In this document: positions 24,827 to 38,758 of the stretch, one piece after another
How the letters are laid out: each line of letters begins with the position of its first letter
Position numbering within the stretch: position 1 is the stretch's first letter
NCBI RefSeq assembly: GCF_037042905.1
Contig: NC_087250.1
Location: 26,910,001-26,974,000 of the forward strand
Direction of reading: 5' to 3'
From: Lytechinus pictus
Taxonomy: Eukaryota
Length of the DNA: 64,000 nt
Made by a program: the position numbers and the translations under genes
The notes under the pieces: generated by a model
Told to the model about the DNA's origin: nothing
Database searches by the model: none
What the model saw: only the letters and a program-made list of their open reading frames with translations

Positions 24827-25133
24827 GGGGTATCCTGGTCTAGTGGTTATGACTCATCTTGGATCTGAGGGACGTGGGTTCTATTCCAACCCATGGTGTG
24901 TTTTCCTTCAGCAAGAAATTTATCCACATTGTGTTGCACTGAACACAGGCGAGGTGAATGGGTACCTGATAGAAATTTATTTCTTCAAATGCAGAGTGTG
25001 TATCTAGACAGCTGCTCTAGTAAAATAAAAATGAGGATAATTATACTGCATTACTGCAAAGCACCGAGAGATTTCTGATAAAGAAAGTGTTATTGTTAAG
25101 CACAATATGAGCAAAAAAATATTATTGTTATTA
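24827..25133 (+). mobile_element. tRNA-derived SINE
   Basis: Same head and core as the 21164 copy. Lies about 35 bp from the acceptor of the first coding exon, antisense to the gene. Confidence 0.8.
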
Positions 25134-25557
25134 TGTATATAAACTATACTCAAAGTGAATCATTCTGGTTTGATCATAACCATTTGAAGGACAATGTAAA
25201 CTAAGAGAGTGCATGTCCTATAATAAACTGTGTCCCTGACATTCCCCTGACGATAATAAATTAATAAAGATTATCTAGACCCTAATGTAGGATTAGTGTT
25301 TACAGTGCAATATAGCCAAGGCAAGGGGGAAGTTCTCCCCTCTCCCACAAAAACAAAAGAGCACAAATAGCCCTGTATCCCCCAACAAAAATAATACACA
25401 AATAAATAAATAAATACATATATAAACATGTAAATAAATAAAACAAATGTAAAAATGACGATAATGATGTTTAAGCAAATACATTGTGAGAAAAAAATCA
25501 AGAAAATGAATAAAAAAATAATAATGTAAATGTTTACTATTATTTGATAGAGAGTTA

Positions 25558-25937
25558 TACCCCTTTTATAAACCCAATTATGCGGCTAATAGCAGCATAA
25601 TTTGGTCGTAAAATCGGAGGAGGACCAGAGTTATCCGCATTATTTTGATGCTGCAATTATCCGCATAATAGCGGCATCGGGACCAGATTTTGAATTTATG
25701 AACGCATTTTCAAATAATGCGGATAATTGCCATGGTGCGGTCATAAGGTCACCCTTTTCCAACACAACCGCATCGGAGGGCGCGTGTGCAGTTGTCATGA
25801 CGATTATCCGCCTTTTTCAGGACGGGCGCTCGTAAAAATAGTGCGGATTATTTTCGGAGTTTGTGAACGCAATTCTTATTGAATTATCCGCATTACTATT
25901 AGGCGGCTAATTGGAGGATGGGTTTATGAAAGGGGTA
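25558..25937. mobile_element. Harbinger-like MITE
   Basis: TTA TSD. TACCCCTTT(T/C)ATAAACCCA ... TGGGTTTATGAAAGGGGTA. Confidence 0.8.
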
Positions 25938-26634
25938 TTAGAGGAAAGTTTTGACAAGGAATTATTTTTTCAACTAAAAAGACATGCTGACTTCAACTCG
26001 ATCCTGCTTAGAAACCTTTATTAAACATGAAAGTGACAATTAGAATCAGATGACACTTGGCTATCACATGTCTTATAAACACACAGGAAATTGTAATCAA
26101 GCAATTAACTTGGATTAACACTCAACCTTACATAGCATACTGTATAATATAATCAATGAAATGTGAAATAATCATATACATGTACAGTAAATACATACTG
26201 TACATGTAGGTATTTAAGTTCATATTAGAATGTTCCTGTGTGATATGATTGCAAATAAGCATGATCTCTATGTGTACTCAGTAATTCAATACTGCTCTAG
26301 TGCTAATCCAATTTGGAAACCTACCAGATACAAACATGTAGCCTATGTAGCACTTGATCACATATAGCCAATTTATAATTCGTTTGTGGTAGCCTAAATG
26401 TATTCCTAACAAAATTATTGCTCTCATTACCACTACACAATATACTTGTTCATCATTCATTTTCTATTCGTCCTATTTATGATTATCACCTCAGGTTTTC
26501 ACATATAATAGGCCTGTACAAGTATGTCGAAATAGAATGTGATTAATTTCGAGATGTCGTCATTTTCACGTCACCAACACTCCCTTCACCCTTGCCATCT
26601 ACACACAGTTCATATGTATTCACTCTTCTCTTTA

Positions 26635-28210
26635 GCTCACCCACCCCTCCCTCCCTCCCTCCCTCACCAACCCTAACCACTGTCCCTCCTTCCATCCCTC
26701 CCTCTCTCCCATCTTTCACTTACTACCTCCCTTACCCACCCCACCCTCGCTCCCTCCACTCACCCACCCCTCCCTCCCTCCCTCACAACCCTAACCACTG
26801 TCCCTTCATCCCTCCCTCGCTCCCATCTCTCACTTACTACCTCCCTTTAATACCCACCCCACCCTCGCTCCCTCCTCTCACCCACCCCTCCCTCCCTCCC
26901 TCACCAACCCTCACAACTGTCCCTTCATCCCTCCCTCGCTCCCATCTCTCACTTACTACCTCCCTTTAATACCCACCCCACCCTCGCTCCCTCCTCTCAC
27001 CCACCCCTCCCTCCCTCCCTCACCAACCCTCACAACTGTCCCTTCATCCCTCCCTCGCTCCCATCTCTCACTTACTACCTCCCTTTAATACCCACCCCAC
27101 CCTCGCTCCCTCCTCTCACCCACCCCTCCCTCCCTCCCTCACCAACCCTCACAACTGTCCCTTCATCCCTCCCTCGCTCCCATCTCTCACTTACTACCTC
27201 CCTTTAATACCCACCCCACCCTCGCTCCCTCCTCTCACCCACCCCTCCCTCCCTCCCTCACCAACCCTCACAACTGTCCCTTCATCCCTCCCTCGCTCCC
27301 ATCTCTCACTTACTACCTCCCTTTAATACCCACCCCACCCTCGCTCCCTCCTCTCACCCACCCCTCCCTCCCTCCCTCACCAACCCTAACCACTGTCCCT
27401 TCATCCCTCCCTCGCTCCCATCTCTCACTTACTACCTCCCTTTAATACCCACCCCACCCTCGCTCCCTCCTCTCACCCACCCCTCCCTCCCTCCCTCACC
27501 AACCCTCACAACTGTCCCTTCATCCCTCCCTCGCTCCCATCTCTCACTTACTACCTCCCTTTAATACCCACCCCATCCTCGCTCCCTCCTCTCACCCACC
27601 CCTCCCTCCCTCCCTCCCTCACCAACCCTAACCACTGTCCCTTCATCCCTCCCTCGCTCCCATCTCTCACTTACTACCTCCCTTTAATACCCACCCCACC
27701 CTCGCTCCCTCCTCTCACCCACCCCTCCCTCCCTCCCTCACCAACCCTCACAACTGTCCCTTCATCCCTCCCTCGCTCCCATCTCTCACTTACTTCCTCC
27801 CTTACCCACCCCACCCTCGCTCCCTCCTCTCACCCACCCCTCCCTCCCTCCCTCACCAACCCTCACAACTGTCCCTTCATCCCTCCCTCGCTCCCATCTC
27901 TCACCCTCCCCTCCCTTCATCCCTCCCTCCCTCCTTCCCTCACCCACCAACCCACCCACCCCTCCATTCCACCTTCCCTCACCCACCCCTCCCTCCTCAC
28001 ACCCTCCCCCCCCTTCATCCCTCACCCACCCCTCCCTCCATCCCTTCCTCCATTCCTCCCTCCCTTGCCCACCCCACCCACCCCTCCCTCCATCACTCCC
28101 TCACCTACCCTTACCACTGTCCCTCCTTCCATCCCTCCCTCCCTCAATCACTCCCTCACCCAGCCTCTATCCCTCCATCCCTCCCTCTCTCCCTATCCAT
28201 CCCTCCCTCT
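26635..28210. repeat. C-rich minisatellite, about 119-bp unit x about 10, decaying into (CCCT)n
   Basis: Near-identical units CACCCACCCCTCCCTCCCTCCCTCACCAACCCTCACAACTGTCCC...; G-rich on the gene's sense strand. Confidence 0.95.
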
Positions 28211-28334
28211 ATCACAATATATGCATGCAGGATATTAGTCTTTATTGATTAGTTGAGCCCCTGAATGAGATTAGATCCAACGATCATCCCTCACTGCTTT
28301 AATATACAACCCAGCTACAGTGAATCATCTCTCA

Positions 28335-28660
28335 CTATAATGTCCTCCAAGGGGTTGTTCAGATGCACAGATCATCCCTCATAAAAATGTATCTTGTCCT
28401 CAAAGGGTTGTTCACATGAACAGGTCAACCCTCCTGATTATGTATCTTTTCCTCAAGTGGTTGTTCACATGAACAGATTAACCCTTTCTATGATATATCC
28501 GAGTTCAAAGGGGTCATTCACATTTGACCATCAATTATGATAAATTGATAATGTATTCAGTCATCAGAGGGGTTGTTCACATACATGTACATATAATTCC
28601 TTTCACCCTTTGTATGATAATGTATCTTTTGTTCACACGGGTTGTTCACATAGAGTAGAT
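28335..28660. repeat. Degenerate ~60-bp tandem repeat
   Basis: Recurring AATGTATCTT..TCAAAGGGTTGTTCACATGAACAG, about 6 times. Confidence 0.7.
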
Positions 28661-30280
28661 CATCCATTATAAAGATCCAGACCAGAGCTAAAAGTGACAT
28701 TGACAAATGTGAAAAGGCTACATAGTACAGCAATGTTTTAAAGTTGCATATTCACTCCTTGACAGCTGAGTACTTTGCCTCAATAAAATGACGTCACACT
28801 GCATCAGGAGGGTTGTGATTCCATGGACCTACTGTGATTCCAATGCTTTGTAGAAATCTAAAGGATTACAAATTATTTCCAAATTATGAAGTGGATTTTT
28901 TCGTCATTTTACAGAGGAAAAAGGGCACCGACAATTAGGCTACATTCAGCGCTCAAATGGATGGAAACCCGAAACGTCACTTATTCATTATTTTTATCAT
29001 TGTTATTTGCACTGTACTAATTACTAATCATACCTTTATGAAACATATGTACACGTTCATCGTTATCAAACCAATCATCGAAATCATCATCAGTATCAAT
29101 TCATCACTATACGTACAAGATATTAACAACTATTTTGCATTATTTTCTAATTCATTTATCATGGAAATGTCTCTCTTTTTTTGTAAAAGGTATAAATGTA
29201 CAATTGAACTGGGAAGTTTCATTTCATACTAAACTGGTTTCACTGTATTACAGTACATCAAGCCATAGCATTCATCAGTACACACGTGCAGTGGATGAAG
29301 CCCCTATAAGCTCCATGGCTATCTCTACATGCTCACCATAAATGTATATTGATTGATTCATTCGTCCAGTGCCGCATTCAGTTTGCATACAAACAGTTTT
29401 CTCTACTGCTTCTAATAACGCCTGGCTAATCCAATGCGCTAGCCTGGCCACTTGTAGAGGTCAAATACATGTGTATTAAACACACTGAGCAGGGAAGGAA
29501 TGTACTCCCTTTCACTGAGGAAAGGATTAAACAATGATTCACATAATGTACAAAGTTATGACATGTACACAGTAAAATTGAAAAAAAAAATGCTTTGAAT
29601 TATCAATACTTATATATATTGCCCAATATCTATACATATATGTAATTTAATATTTCATATATTTGAAATGTACATGATATTTTACTTTTAAACCAGCTAG
29701 AGATTTAGTTTGTATTCATTTTATGTTATCTCATTCTTTCTTCCATACCCTGTACTTCTAATAATAGAAAAAAGACAGTATATCTCCACTTTGTGCAGAT
29801 TAGTATGCTTTATAAAAAAAATCATCAATTATTATTCTGTGAATAATTCTGTGTGTACCTGTATACGTATAATGATCAAATCCTATATTGTATTCAAAAG
29901 GGGTGGGGGGGGGGGGGTAGTGACTAGTGACCAACGCTACATGTAGGTCCCCACTTTAATAGTGTGATGTCTTTAATCGTGTACATGTAAACCAAAGGAA
30001 CAAATCAAATGGTTTCTCTTTAGCAATGTTTTTTTATATTCTGTTTGAAATGTTTCACGTTGACTCGTGTATCATTTGTTAAACACGGAATTGTTGAAAA
30101 CAATGTGTTCAAACTAAACAATGAAACGACCCTGTATATATATATTAACAATAATACATTTCAGTATTAAAATCATTTGTCATTCAATTTCAATCTATTA
30201 AAAATTACAGATTGGGGATAAGTTTCACTCAAGTTTCCTAATGAATGCAAAATGTAAAATACACTGTGCACAATTTCATT

Positions 30281-30580
30281 TTGTGGCCCAGTGAATTAGT
30301 CTTCTGACTTTGAAACAGAGGGTCGTGGGTTCGAATCCCAGCCAAGGCATAATTTCCTTCAGCAAGAAATTTATCCACATTGTGCTGCACTCAACCCAGG
30401 TGAGGTGAATGTGTACATGTACATGGCAATGATGGCAGGATTAATTCCTTGAATGCACTGAGTGCTGAAAGGCAGCTCAAGCTATTAAAAGCTGGGGTAA
30501 AAATAATAAACAATGCACCTCGGAATAGATTATTTCTAGATAGATGGTGCAATATGTAAATGCCTATAAATATTATTATT
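30281..30580 (+). mobile_element. tRNA-derived SINE
   Basis: B-box GGTTCGAATCCC, same core and tail as the 21164 copy. Confidence 0.85.
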
Positions 30581-31210
30581 GTTACTCAAGAAAGAGGGCA
30601 TCCATACATGTAGCCTGTCATTATTGAAGCTTTCAATTTATCTTTGGTGCATTAATCGTTAATGACTGTATCTCAATAAGCATGATGAAAAAAAAATCAC
30701 GGGTAAAATGATACATGGCAACTTTTAATTAACTTCTTTCCCCATGTCTTATCATGTTATAATGTATAATGTTTTTTTTTCTTTTCAAAGTGTTAAAAAT
30801 GAATCTGTATGGTTACCAATTTGAGGATCAAAAGCTAATAATGCTATGGAAGCTGGTACAGATTAATGAATGAAGAAAACATTCATTCCACCAGGGAGTC
30901 TAAAGATAAAAAATGTCATTGGTCCATTTAAATTACTAGCCTTAGAATTGAGCTACAATGTACTCTCAAATGTTAACATAAAAAAAATCCATGGCTTGAA
31001 GTTCAAGGTTCCAAAATTTGGTACCTTTATAATTGTACCTTTTTATCATATAAACTCATATATATTTATTCATGATAAGCATGAAAATTTATGTAGAAAG
31101 CTATTAACAATTGATGCCAATTTGAGGATTATAGGCAAGAAGACATTCATCCCATTAAAGAGCCTCTTGATAAAGCTGTGAAATTAAATTGTCGTTGATC
31201 CATCAATTTA

Positions 31211-33340
31211 CATGCTTCACCACCCTATAGATGGTCAACCCATCAATCATTCACGATGCAATCAATGTATATGCCTCACCACCCTATAGATGGTCAACCC
31301 ATCAATCATTCACGATGCAATCAATTTATATGCCTCACCACCCTATAGATGGTCAACCCATCAATCATTCACGATGCAATCAATTTATATGCCTCACCAC
31401 CCTATAGATGGTCAACCCATCAATCATTCACGATGCAATCAATTTATATGCCTCACCACCCTATAGATGGTCAACCCATCAATCATTCACGATGCAATCA
31501 ATTTATATGCCTCACCACCCTATAGATGGTCAACCCATCAATCATTCACGATGCAATCAATTTATATGCCTCACCACCCTATAGATGGTCAACCCATCAA
31601 TCATTCACGATGCAATCAATTTATATGCCTCACCACCCTATAGATGGTCAACCCATCAATCATTCACGATGCAATCAATTTATATGCCTCACCACCCTAT
31701 AGATGGTCAACCCATCAATCATTCACGATGCAATCAATGTATACGCCTCACCACCCTATAGATGGTCAACCCATCAATCATTCACGATGCAATCAATGTA
31801 TATGCCTCACCACCCTATAGATTGTCAACCCATCAATCATTCACGATGCAATCAATTTATATGCCTCACCACCCTATAGATGGTCAACCCATCAATCATT
31901 CACGATGCAATCAATGTATATGCCTCACCACCCTATAGATGGTCAACCCATCAATCATTCACGATGCAATCAATTTATATGCCTCACCACCCTATAGATG
32001 GTCAACCCATCAATCATTCACGATGCAATCAATGTATATGCCTCACCACCCTATAGATGGTCAACCCATCAATCATTCACGATGCAATCAATGTATATGC
32101 CTCACCACCCTATAGATGGTCAACCCATCAATCATTCACGATGCAATCAATTCATATGCCTCACCACCCTATAGATCAGGGGTTCTCAAACTACGGCCCG
32201 CGGGCCGGATCCGGCCCGTGGAGCTTCTCAATCCGGCCCGCGAGACTCTGGATTTTTCAATCACTTTTAAGTCACACTATGAAACATAGCTCAATATGAT
32301 TACATCGTGTATCCATGTCGACCTAACCGTATAATGGCAGTCAAATTAAAAGTTTAGTGGAGTCTTTTCTGTCTGTTCGATCTACTTTCTTATTAGTTGA
32401 CCAGCGCTGTTCTCACCATGTTTGGATCTATACATACAGGTGCGAAAGTGCATTTTCCACAATGAACATTATAGAGAACTAACTAACCGAAGTTAGTACC
32501 TTGACAGGCTAGGGCCGCGGAACGGTTTTCAAAGTGGGGGGGGGGGGGATTGGCCATGCAAAAAATCACAATCATATGGTCATTTTTACGTTTTTGTACA
32601 TGGTTTTGGAAAAAAAAGTGAGGGGGCTGCCCCCCCCCCCGCCCCTGCTTGACCAGTGAACATTTGCATCAGTGCCTTCGTCTGGCAATTAAACCTTTTG
32701 TGTCAAGGTTCAAGCAACTTGTTGCTGACAGACTGTCACTTTCCCCATATTGAAAGTGACTAGGAGACTATCCTTGTTAGAGTCTACAACAGACATGCTC
32801 TATTATTCCTTCTACTTTGACTAAAAAAAAATATTGATACTTCAAGCCATTATCTGTGACCCCAATACCAGGTATGTATAGATATAATCTAGATTCCTTT
32901 TAACAAAGTACTACAATTTTGTTATCATTTATATTGAATCTCGCTGTATTTTGAAATCTTTTCTAATTTTACCTGCGTTCCATATGAAACTGTTATAAAT
33001 TTGTTGGATTAAATACTCCAAAATAAGGGCCAGATTGCACATTTTTTTTACAAGTATCCACTTCACCCTGGCCCTTTCAGGTTTACAAGGAGTCTCATCT
33101 GGCCCTTCAAAGAAAAAGTTTGAGAACCCCTGCTATAGATGGTCAACCCATCAATCATTCACGATGCAATCAATGTATATGCCTCACCACCCTATAGATG
33201 GTCAACCCATCAATCATTCACGATGCAATCAATTTATATGCCTCACCACCCTATAGATGGTCAACCCATCAATCATTCACGATGCAATCAATTTATATGC
33301 CTCACCACCCTATAGATGGTCAACCCATCAATCATTCATG
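31211..33340. repeat. 59-bp tandem array (about 20 units) interrupted by a hAT element
   Basis: Unit ATGCCTCACCACCCTATAGATGGTCAACCCATCAATCATTCACGATGCAATCAAT(T/G)TAT. About 16 units before and about 3.5 after the insertion. Confidence 0.97.
32177..33132 (+). mobile_element. hAT (Charlie-type) internally deleted DNA transposon
   Basis: TIR CAGGGGTTCTCAAAC/GTTTGAGAACCCCTG with 8-bp TSD CTATAGAT. Broken transposase C-terminus (MFGS..CESAFSTMNII; LT.EHLHQCLRLA). Contains a small nested G/C-run element at about 32505-32647. Confidence 0.92.
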
Positions 33341-33369
33341 ATGAAGGACGCATTTTCAATTTTGTTATT

Positions 33370-33846
33370 AGGTGGTTTCAGACCGCCTCGAAGTTCGCCA
33401 GTTCCAGGTATTCTCTGATCGGGAAATTTATCCCGATCAGAAAATACCAGGTATTTTGGCGTTGTGAAAGCAAACTACGCGTAATATCCCCGAAAGAAAA
33501 TACCCGATAAATAGTAGGTACTTGGCGAAATTACGAGAACTTTCGCGGGGATTTTTCCAAGGTCGTGGGTATTTTGGCGGTCTGAAAGCAAATTACGGGA
33601 ACTTTTAGCCCAGCGTGTCGTTGGGTGCGGCGCCGTGCATGGGTTGCTGCTGGGCTAGTGATTTTGAATTTCGCGCCTTGCTGCTTATCAGACCATACTG
33701 CGCATGCTCGTAACTTCAGGAACTTATCCCGAAGGGTATGTTTCAGGGCGGTGTGAATGCAGGAATAATTAATGGGTATTTTTCAGCCTAAAAAATTCTC
33801 GTAATTTAACGGGGATTCTTGTGATCGAGGCGGTTTGAAACCACCT
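33370..33846. mobile_element. Harbinger-like MITE
   Basis: AGGTGGTTTCAGACCGCCTCG ... CGAGGCGGTTTGAAACCACCT with a 3-bp ATT direct flank. Confidence 0.8.
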
Positions 33847-33905
33847 ATTAAGGGGTTTTTGGAACTGTGATCCTGCGGAGGAATGTAGATTGTTTTATTT
33901 CAACC

Positions 33906-35040
33906 TTAAAAAGATGGTCCAGGCTGGAGATCTATGTCAATCAATAGAGTAAAATTCACAAAGCAAAATGCTACAAATTTGATCAAAATCTGATAAAATT
34001 TATAACAAAGAATTTTTAAGTATTGCATTATTCAGGTGTTAAACAGTTTTTTACATGTAGGCATGTCATTGTGAATTTTCATTAGGTTGGCTAATCATGT
34101 CATATCCCACTTGTTCTTTTGTATTTTATTATATGAAATTAGGTTATAATTCAAAACTTTTCTACCAAGAACTAAAACAACTGGATTGACAACTGATTAA
34201 ATGCATATTTGATTTCATGTAATAACATAAGAGAACGGAAGGTGGGGATGTGACATCATCATCCCACCTAATGAATATTCATGACAATGTGCATATATAA
34301 CTGTTTTCACAAAATATGATAAACTTTAAAATTCAATAACTTCATTATTTGTTTTTAAAAGAGAATGAAACTCTTGGAGCAAGTTAGCTTTTGTGAAAGC
34401 AGAAAAATCAAAGAATAAGATCAACAAAAGTTTGAGTAAAATAGGACTAGCAATAGAAGAGTTATGAGCATTTGAATGTCGAGATCACTAATGCTATGGA
34501 GATCCTCCCATTGGCAATGCGACCAAGATCTATGATGTCACAGATGAACAACTCTCCCCTTTTGGACACTGAAAATATACCCCAAAATATCTCGTTTTGC
34601 TCATTCTAACCATATGACAAACGATTCATCAATTATATAATGTTGTGAAACCTCTGTACTTGTCCTCTCATAAAGAGAACACCTCACCTTGTGATAGACT
34701 CTATAAAAGTGAGAATATAAGTGAAATAAGTACTAAAGTAATGAGGGAGTTGTACGTGTGTGACATCACAGATCTTGGTCGCATTGCCAATGGGAGGATC
34801 TACATGGCATTAGTGATCTCAATATTAAAATGCTCATAACTTTCTTATTATTCATTCAATCTTCCTCAAACTTTCAACAATATGTTTCTTTGATTTTTCT
34901 CTTTGATATGGATTCAGCTGGTTTCAAGGGTTTCATTCTCCTTTAATATCCGATTTTGATGAAATTTTCAGCATTTTGCTCTGTGAATTTCACTCTATTT
35001 ATTTCGATTTAAATATTTTCAGCCCGGACCATCCCTTTAA
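33906..35040. mobile_element. TTAA-flanked MITE hosting a family A copy
   Basis: TTAAAAAGATGGTCCAGGCTG ... CAGCCCGGACCATCCCTTTAA; interrupted at 34355-34946. Confidence 0.75.
34355..34946. mobile_element. MITE family A, copy 2 (reverse orientation, nested)
   Basis: Reverse complement of 4502-5091, TTAA flanks. Confidence 0.9.
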
Positions 35041-38000
35041 TTTGTAAGCCCATCTACATGTACACATGTACATGTTCAACATCAATTTTCTCGTCCACCT
35101 AGGGTTCTGGGGAAGAACATGTTTGAAACACAAATAATCAACCTTTATCTTTATTATGGTTCGGAATAACAAATTTACAGTTTAAGCATCATGTGTTTCT
35201 GTAACTGTTGATCTTTTCCGCATAACAGAAAGTTAACTTTATAGGCTGGAATGACTAATATGCTAGCAATACAAGCAAAATACAGATAATTTGTTGAATT
35301 AAATTCCACAGGCAAAATGCAATAAGCTGATTGTAAGACAAAAGAATATTTTGATCAACAACAACTCATAAAGAATATAATGTTCATGTATGTTTATCAA
35401 TGCAGCTACTACAATCATTGGAATTTCTCCCTAGGTTAAAATCTAATGAAGATATCAAATCCCTGAAATTTCAATCCTCAATTCACATTGCTGATGGCTG
35501 TATTAAAAAGACTGCATTAGAATTTGCATTTGTTTTCGAGGCCGGCCTCAAAACCAAATTGTCTTTGGCTTTGGCCTTGGCTCGGGGCCGAATCACGTGT
35601 ACAAAGTGTATGGGAAAAAGTTTTAGGCAGCGGCCTCATGACTCAGAACTCATTGCCTGACTACAATCCTGTCCTTTAAATACAGAAATTTTATAGTGAA
35701 ACATGTTCTTGGGGGGAAATATGAGCTTCACAAGATTTTCATCTGATTCTCATTGATATGTTGTAGGTTTTGGACATTACATTGTACAGTATGCACATTC
35801 AAAGTCTTCACAACAGTAATCACAAGGATTTTAGGAAACATTTTTTTAAAATAAAAGTCAATGACATGTCCAAAATTGAATGGATTATAGGTGACAGCAG
35901 ACTGAGCAGAGTACATTTCAATCCTATTAGAGACTAGCCATAATACATATACATGTAACGGTCACTATAAAACCAGTAAACAAGATTTACAGAATAACTC
36001 TTAGACTTACTTATGAAATACTCCTAAGGATATTGTTAGGTCAAATTCTGATGCAACTTTGCTCAAAACATGTCCTTAATCGCACTTCAGCTCATTTCCA
36101 ATAAAATCTTGCTTTATTCCTCAACAAAATCTTATTTTAGCTATGGGTTTAATCCGTTATAATTCCTTTATTGATTGACACAGTTCTCTCAAAATCTGTA
36201 TGAGAAAATTCCATATCAGTAAATAAACAGTCAGCAATTCAAGTGTAATAAATGCTGTTTTTCTTCTCTTTCAGTGTCAAACAATGAGATGATGAAATTC
36301 ATCAGCGATTGAAGATGGACAAAAACAAATGGTTCAGACTCACACTGCTCAGCCAATATCTAAATGGTGGATAATAAAAACTATACACCATCCCACTTCA
36401 TGCTTTGCCAATATCACAATGTGGAAACTGGATAGTAAAAACTATACACCAGACTCATCCCACCATAAAGATGCCTGAGCAATGTCACATGGTAGATGGT
36501 AAAAACTATACACCAACCACTGAAGAAGCATGTATCCAAATAAGATTCATCTAAAAAGCCACCTGCTCATTACATAGATGTAGAGCACAGAAGGGCACAA
36601 TGCATCAACGCCAATCAGTCCAAACCCATCGCACACTAATGCTGATACGTAACATCGCTCAGTACAAGCATGCTCATTATATTTTGGCGAGGAATCCCAC
36701 ACACTGCTCCATATAGTGCCTTCACACAGTCACCCACCCTCCCCCACACACGAATGCCCACCCACGCACATGCCCCTAGCTCACACACACACACACACGC
36801 ACACACAGTCATACAGTGTATAAAGGTATGAGTGTGTGGATTGATAATATAGGATGTATCATAAGGAAGACACTGAAGAGTGCTTTGTGTAGACACACTA
36901 TGCTTCACACACAATGCGAAGACACTGATAGTTACATGTACCTACAAAACAAAATCTTAAACATGGGACTGGGAGCAAATTCTCAGTCTGCCAATCAGAT
37001 ATTTAAAAGAGGATTATATTTTTAGTCTATTTTAATCAGCTACATGTACCACTCACAATCACTGACAAATGCTTTGTTTTCTTTATAAGATCCATCTTCA
37101 AAAGAAATCTTCGAAGTGCTAAAGTTAATTTTGTACTCTCTTTAATATGAAAGATACACATTGGTAGAAAGAAATGTTGCATGTAGGTGAAGGATACATG
37201 GAAACTATGAAACGAGTGGATAATATATCTTTGAAAGAAAAACAAATGAACATAAAATGAATGAAACTACACTTCATTAAAAAAAGACTGAGAGATGAAT
37301 TGATGCATTCAACTTTCAAATACTGGGTTTAGGATGTAAGGTACATGTATCCATTTGTACACTAATACCCAAATATATACTGCACACATATTGAATTGAA
37401 ATGGGCAAATGAGAACTCAGCCCGGTTTATATTGGTATAATAAGAACAAGGTCATGTATGAGTCAGTTCATATCTACTCTAGATCAGGGGTCTGTTTTTT
37501 TATAAAACTGGTTATAAGAACGAATTTGCAAAAACAGTTATAAGCTACTGATATCCTCCAATTTGATTGGCCGATATAAATTTTCTTACAGAAATCTTGC
37601 ATTTGTTATTATAACAAGTCTTTATAAAACGGGACCCTTGTCATTGGTGGAAAAGATCTGTGATCAGTTGCAAACTTCATGATAAAAAAATATTCTGGTT
37701 GGTTTATATTGGTGTATGTTATGAACGTCTTCAACAAAATATTACAAACATAAATCATTGTTTTTGTTTATTCTCGTCGGCATCAGGGCCCTGGGAACAA
37801 TCATGTAAATTTTACAAGTCCCCAAAAAGGGGTTTTTCACTACAAAATGAAGTTTATTTTGGTCCTGCAAAATCTGACAAACAAAATAAGGGTATCACTA
37901 CAAAAATATAGGTCATTTTGCTTTAAATATCTCTCCATTTAATTATTTAACACCTACCAGAATTCCAGGGGGTGCTGCCTATGGAGAACAACCCCCGCTT

Positions 38001-38397
38001 CCTAGGGACATGGTTGCCTGAAAGGATTTGAAGGCAAAGTCTTGTTTATTATGACCTCAAGTACAAAATTAAATATTAGTCTTTTATCCTGTACATTGCA
38101 AAATGGGAGGCAAAACTGAGATATTATTCTAACTTAATGAAGATTAATAAAGGCTCTATTTTAGCCCAGGACCATTCTCAGGGATATCCTGTTTGGACCT
38201 TAATGCCCTTCTTCATCTTTGAGGAGACAGCATATTTCTGTCATCTCAAATGTCAACGTATGCGATATGTGAACTCAATGTCCCAGCTTTCGTGCATGGA
38301 CAAAAATGTCAGTTCCAAGAAAATTGTTTCAAGTGTGAGATGATATATTTCTTTTTCAAGATCTGACACACAGGTTTATATCTAGCAAACTTGTGGA

Positions 38398-38758
38398 AGA
38401 GCCATGGTGTAGTGGTTCTAACTCTTGCCTTGTAAACAGAGGGTCGTGTGTTCGAATCCCACCGCGGTCTGGCGTCCTAGGGCAAGGCGTTAATCCACAC
38501 TTTGTCACTCTCAATGCTAAATGGGTACCCGGTAGGGTGTGGAGGTCATCGTAGCTTGTCCAGTACGGTGTGCGCCTCACCGGCGACTGACTGGAATACT
38601 CCCCAGGGAGTGGAGGATGTGCACAAATTGTGTGCGGGAATGACTGATTGAATGCGATGACCGGGGTAATATCTGTAAAGCGCTTAGACAAGTCGTTCCG
38701 ATGTATCAAGCGCTCTATAAAAGCAGATTATTATTATCAATATTATTATCATTATTAT
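38398..38758 (+). mobile_element. tRNA-derived SINE, second subfamily
   Basis: A-box TGGTGTAGTGG, B-box GTTCGAATCC, CCTAGGGCAAGGCG core, ATCTGTAAAGCGCTT..(ATT)n tail. Confidence 0.8.

Noticed and set aside
26592..28025. Pro-rich and Gly-rich ORFs
   Set aside because: Translations of the C-rich minisatellite.
31211..33340. CRISPR-like appearance of the 59-bp array
   Set aside because: Units abut with no unique spacers, there are no cas genes, and the context is a eukaryotic intron.
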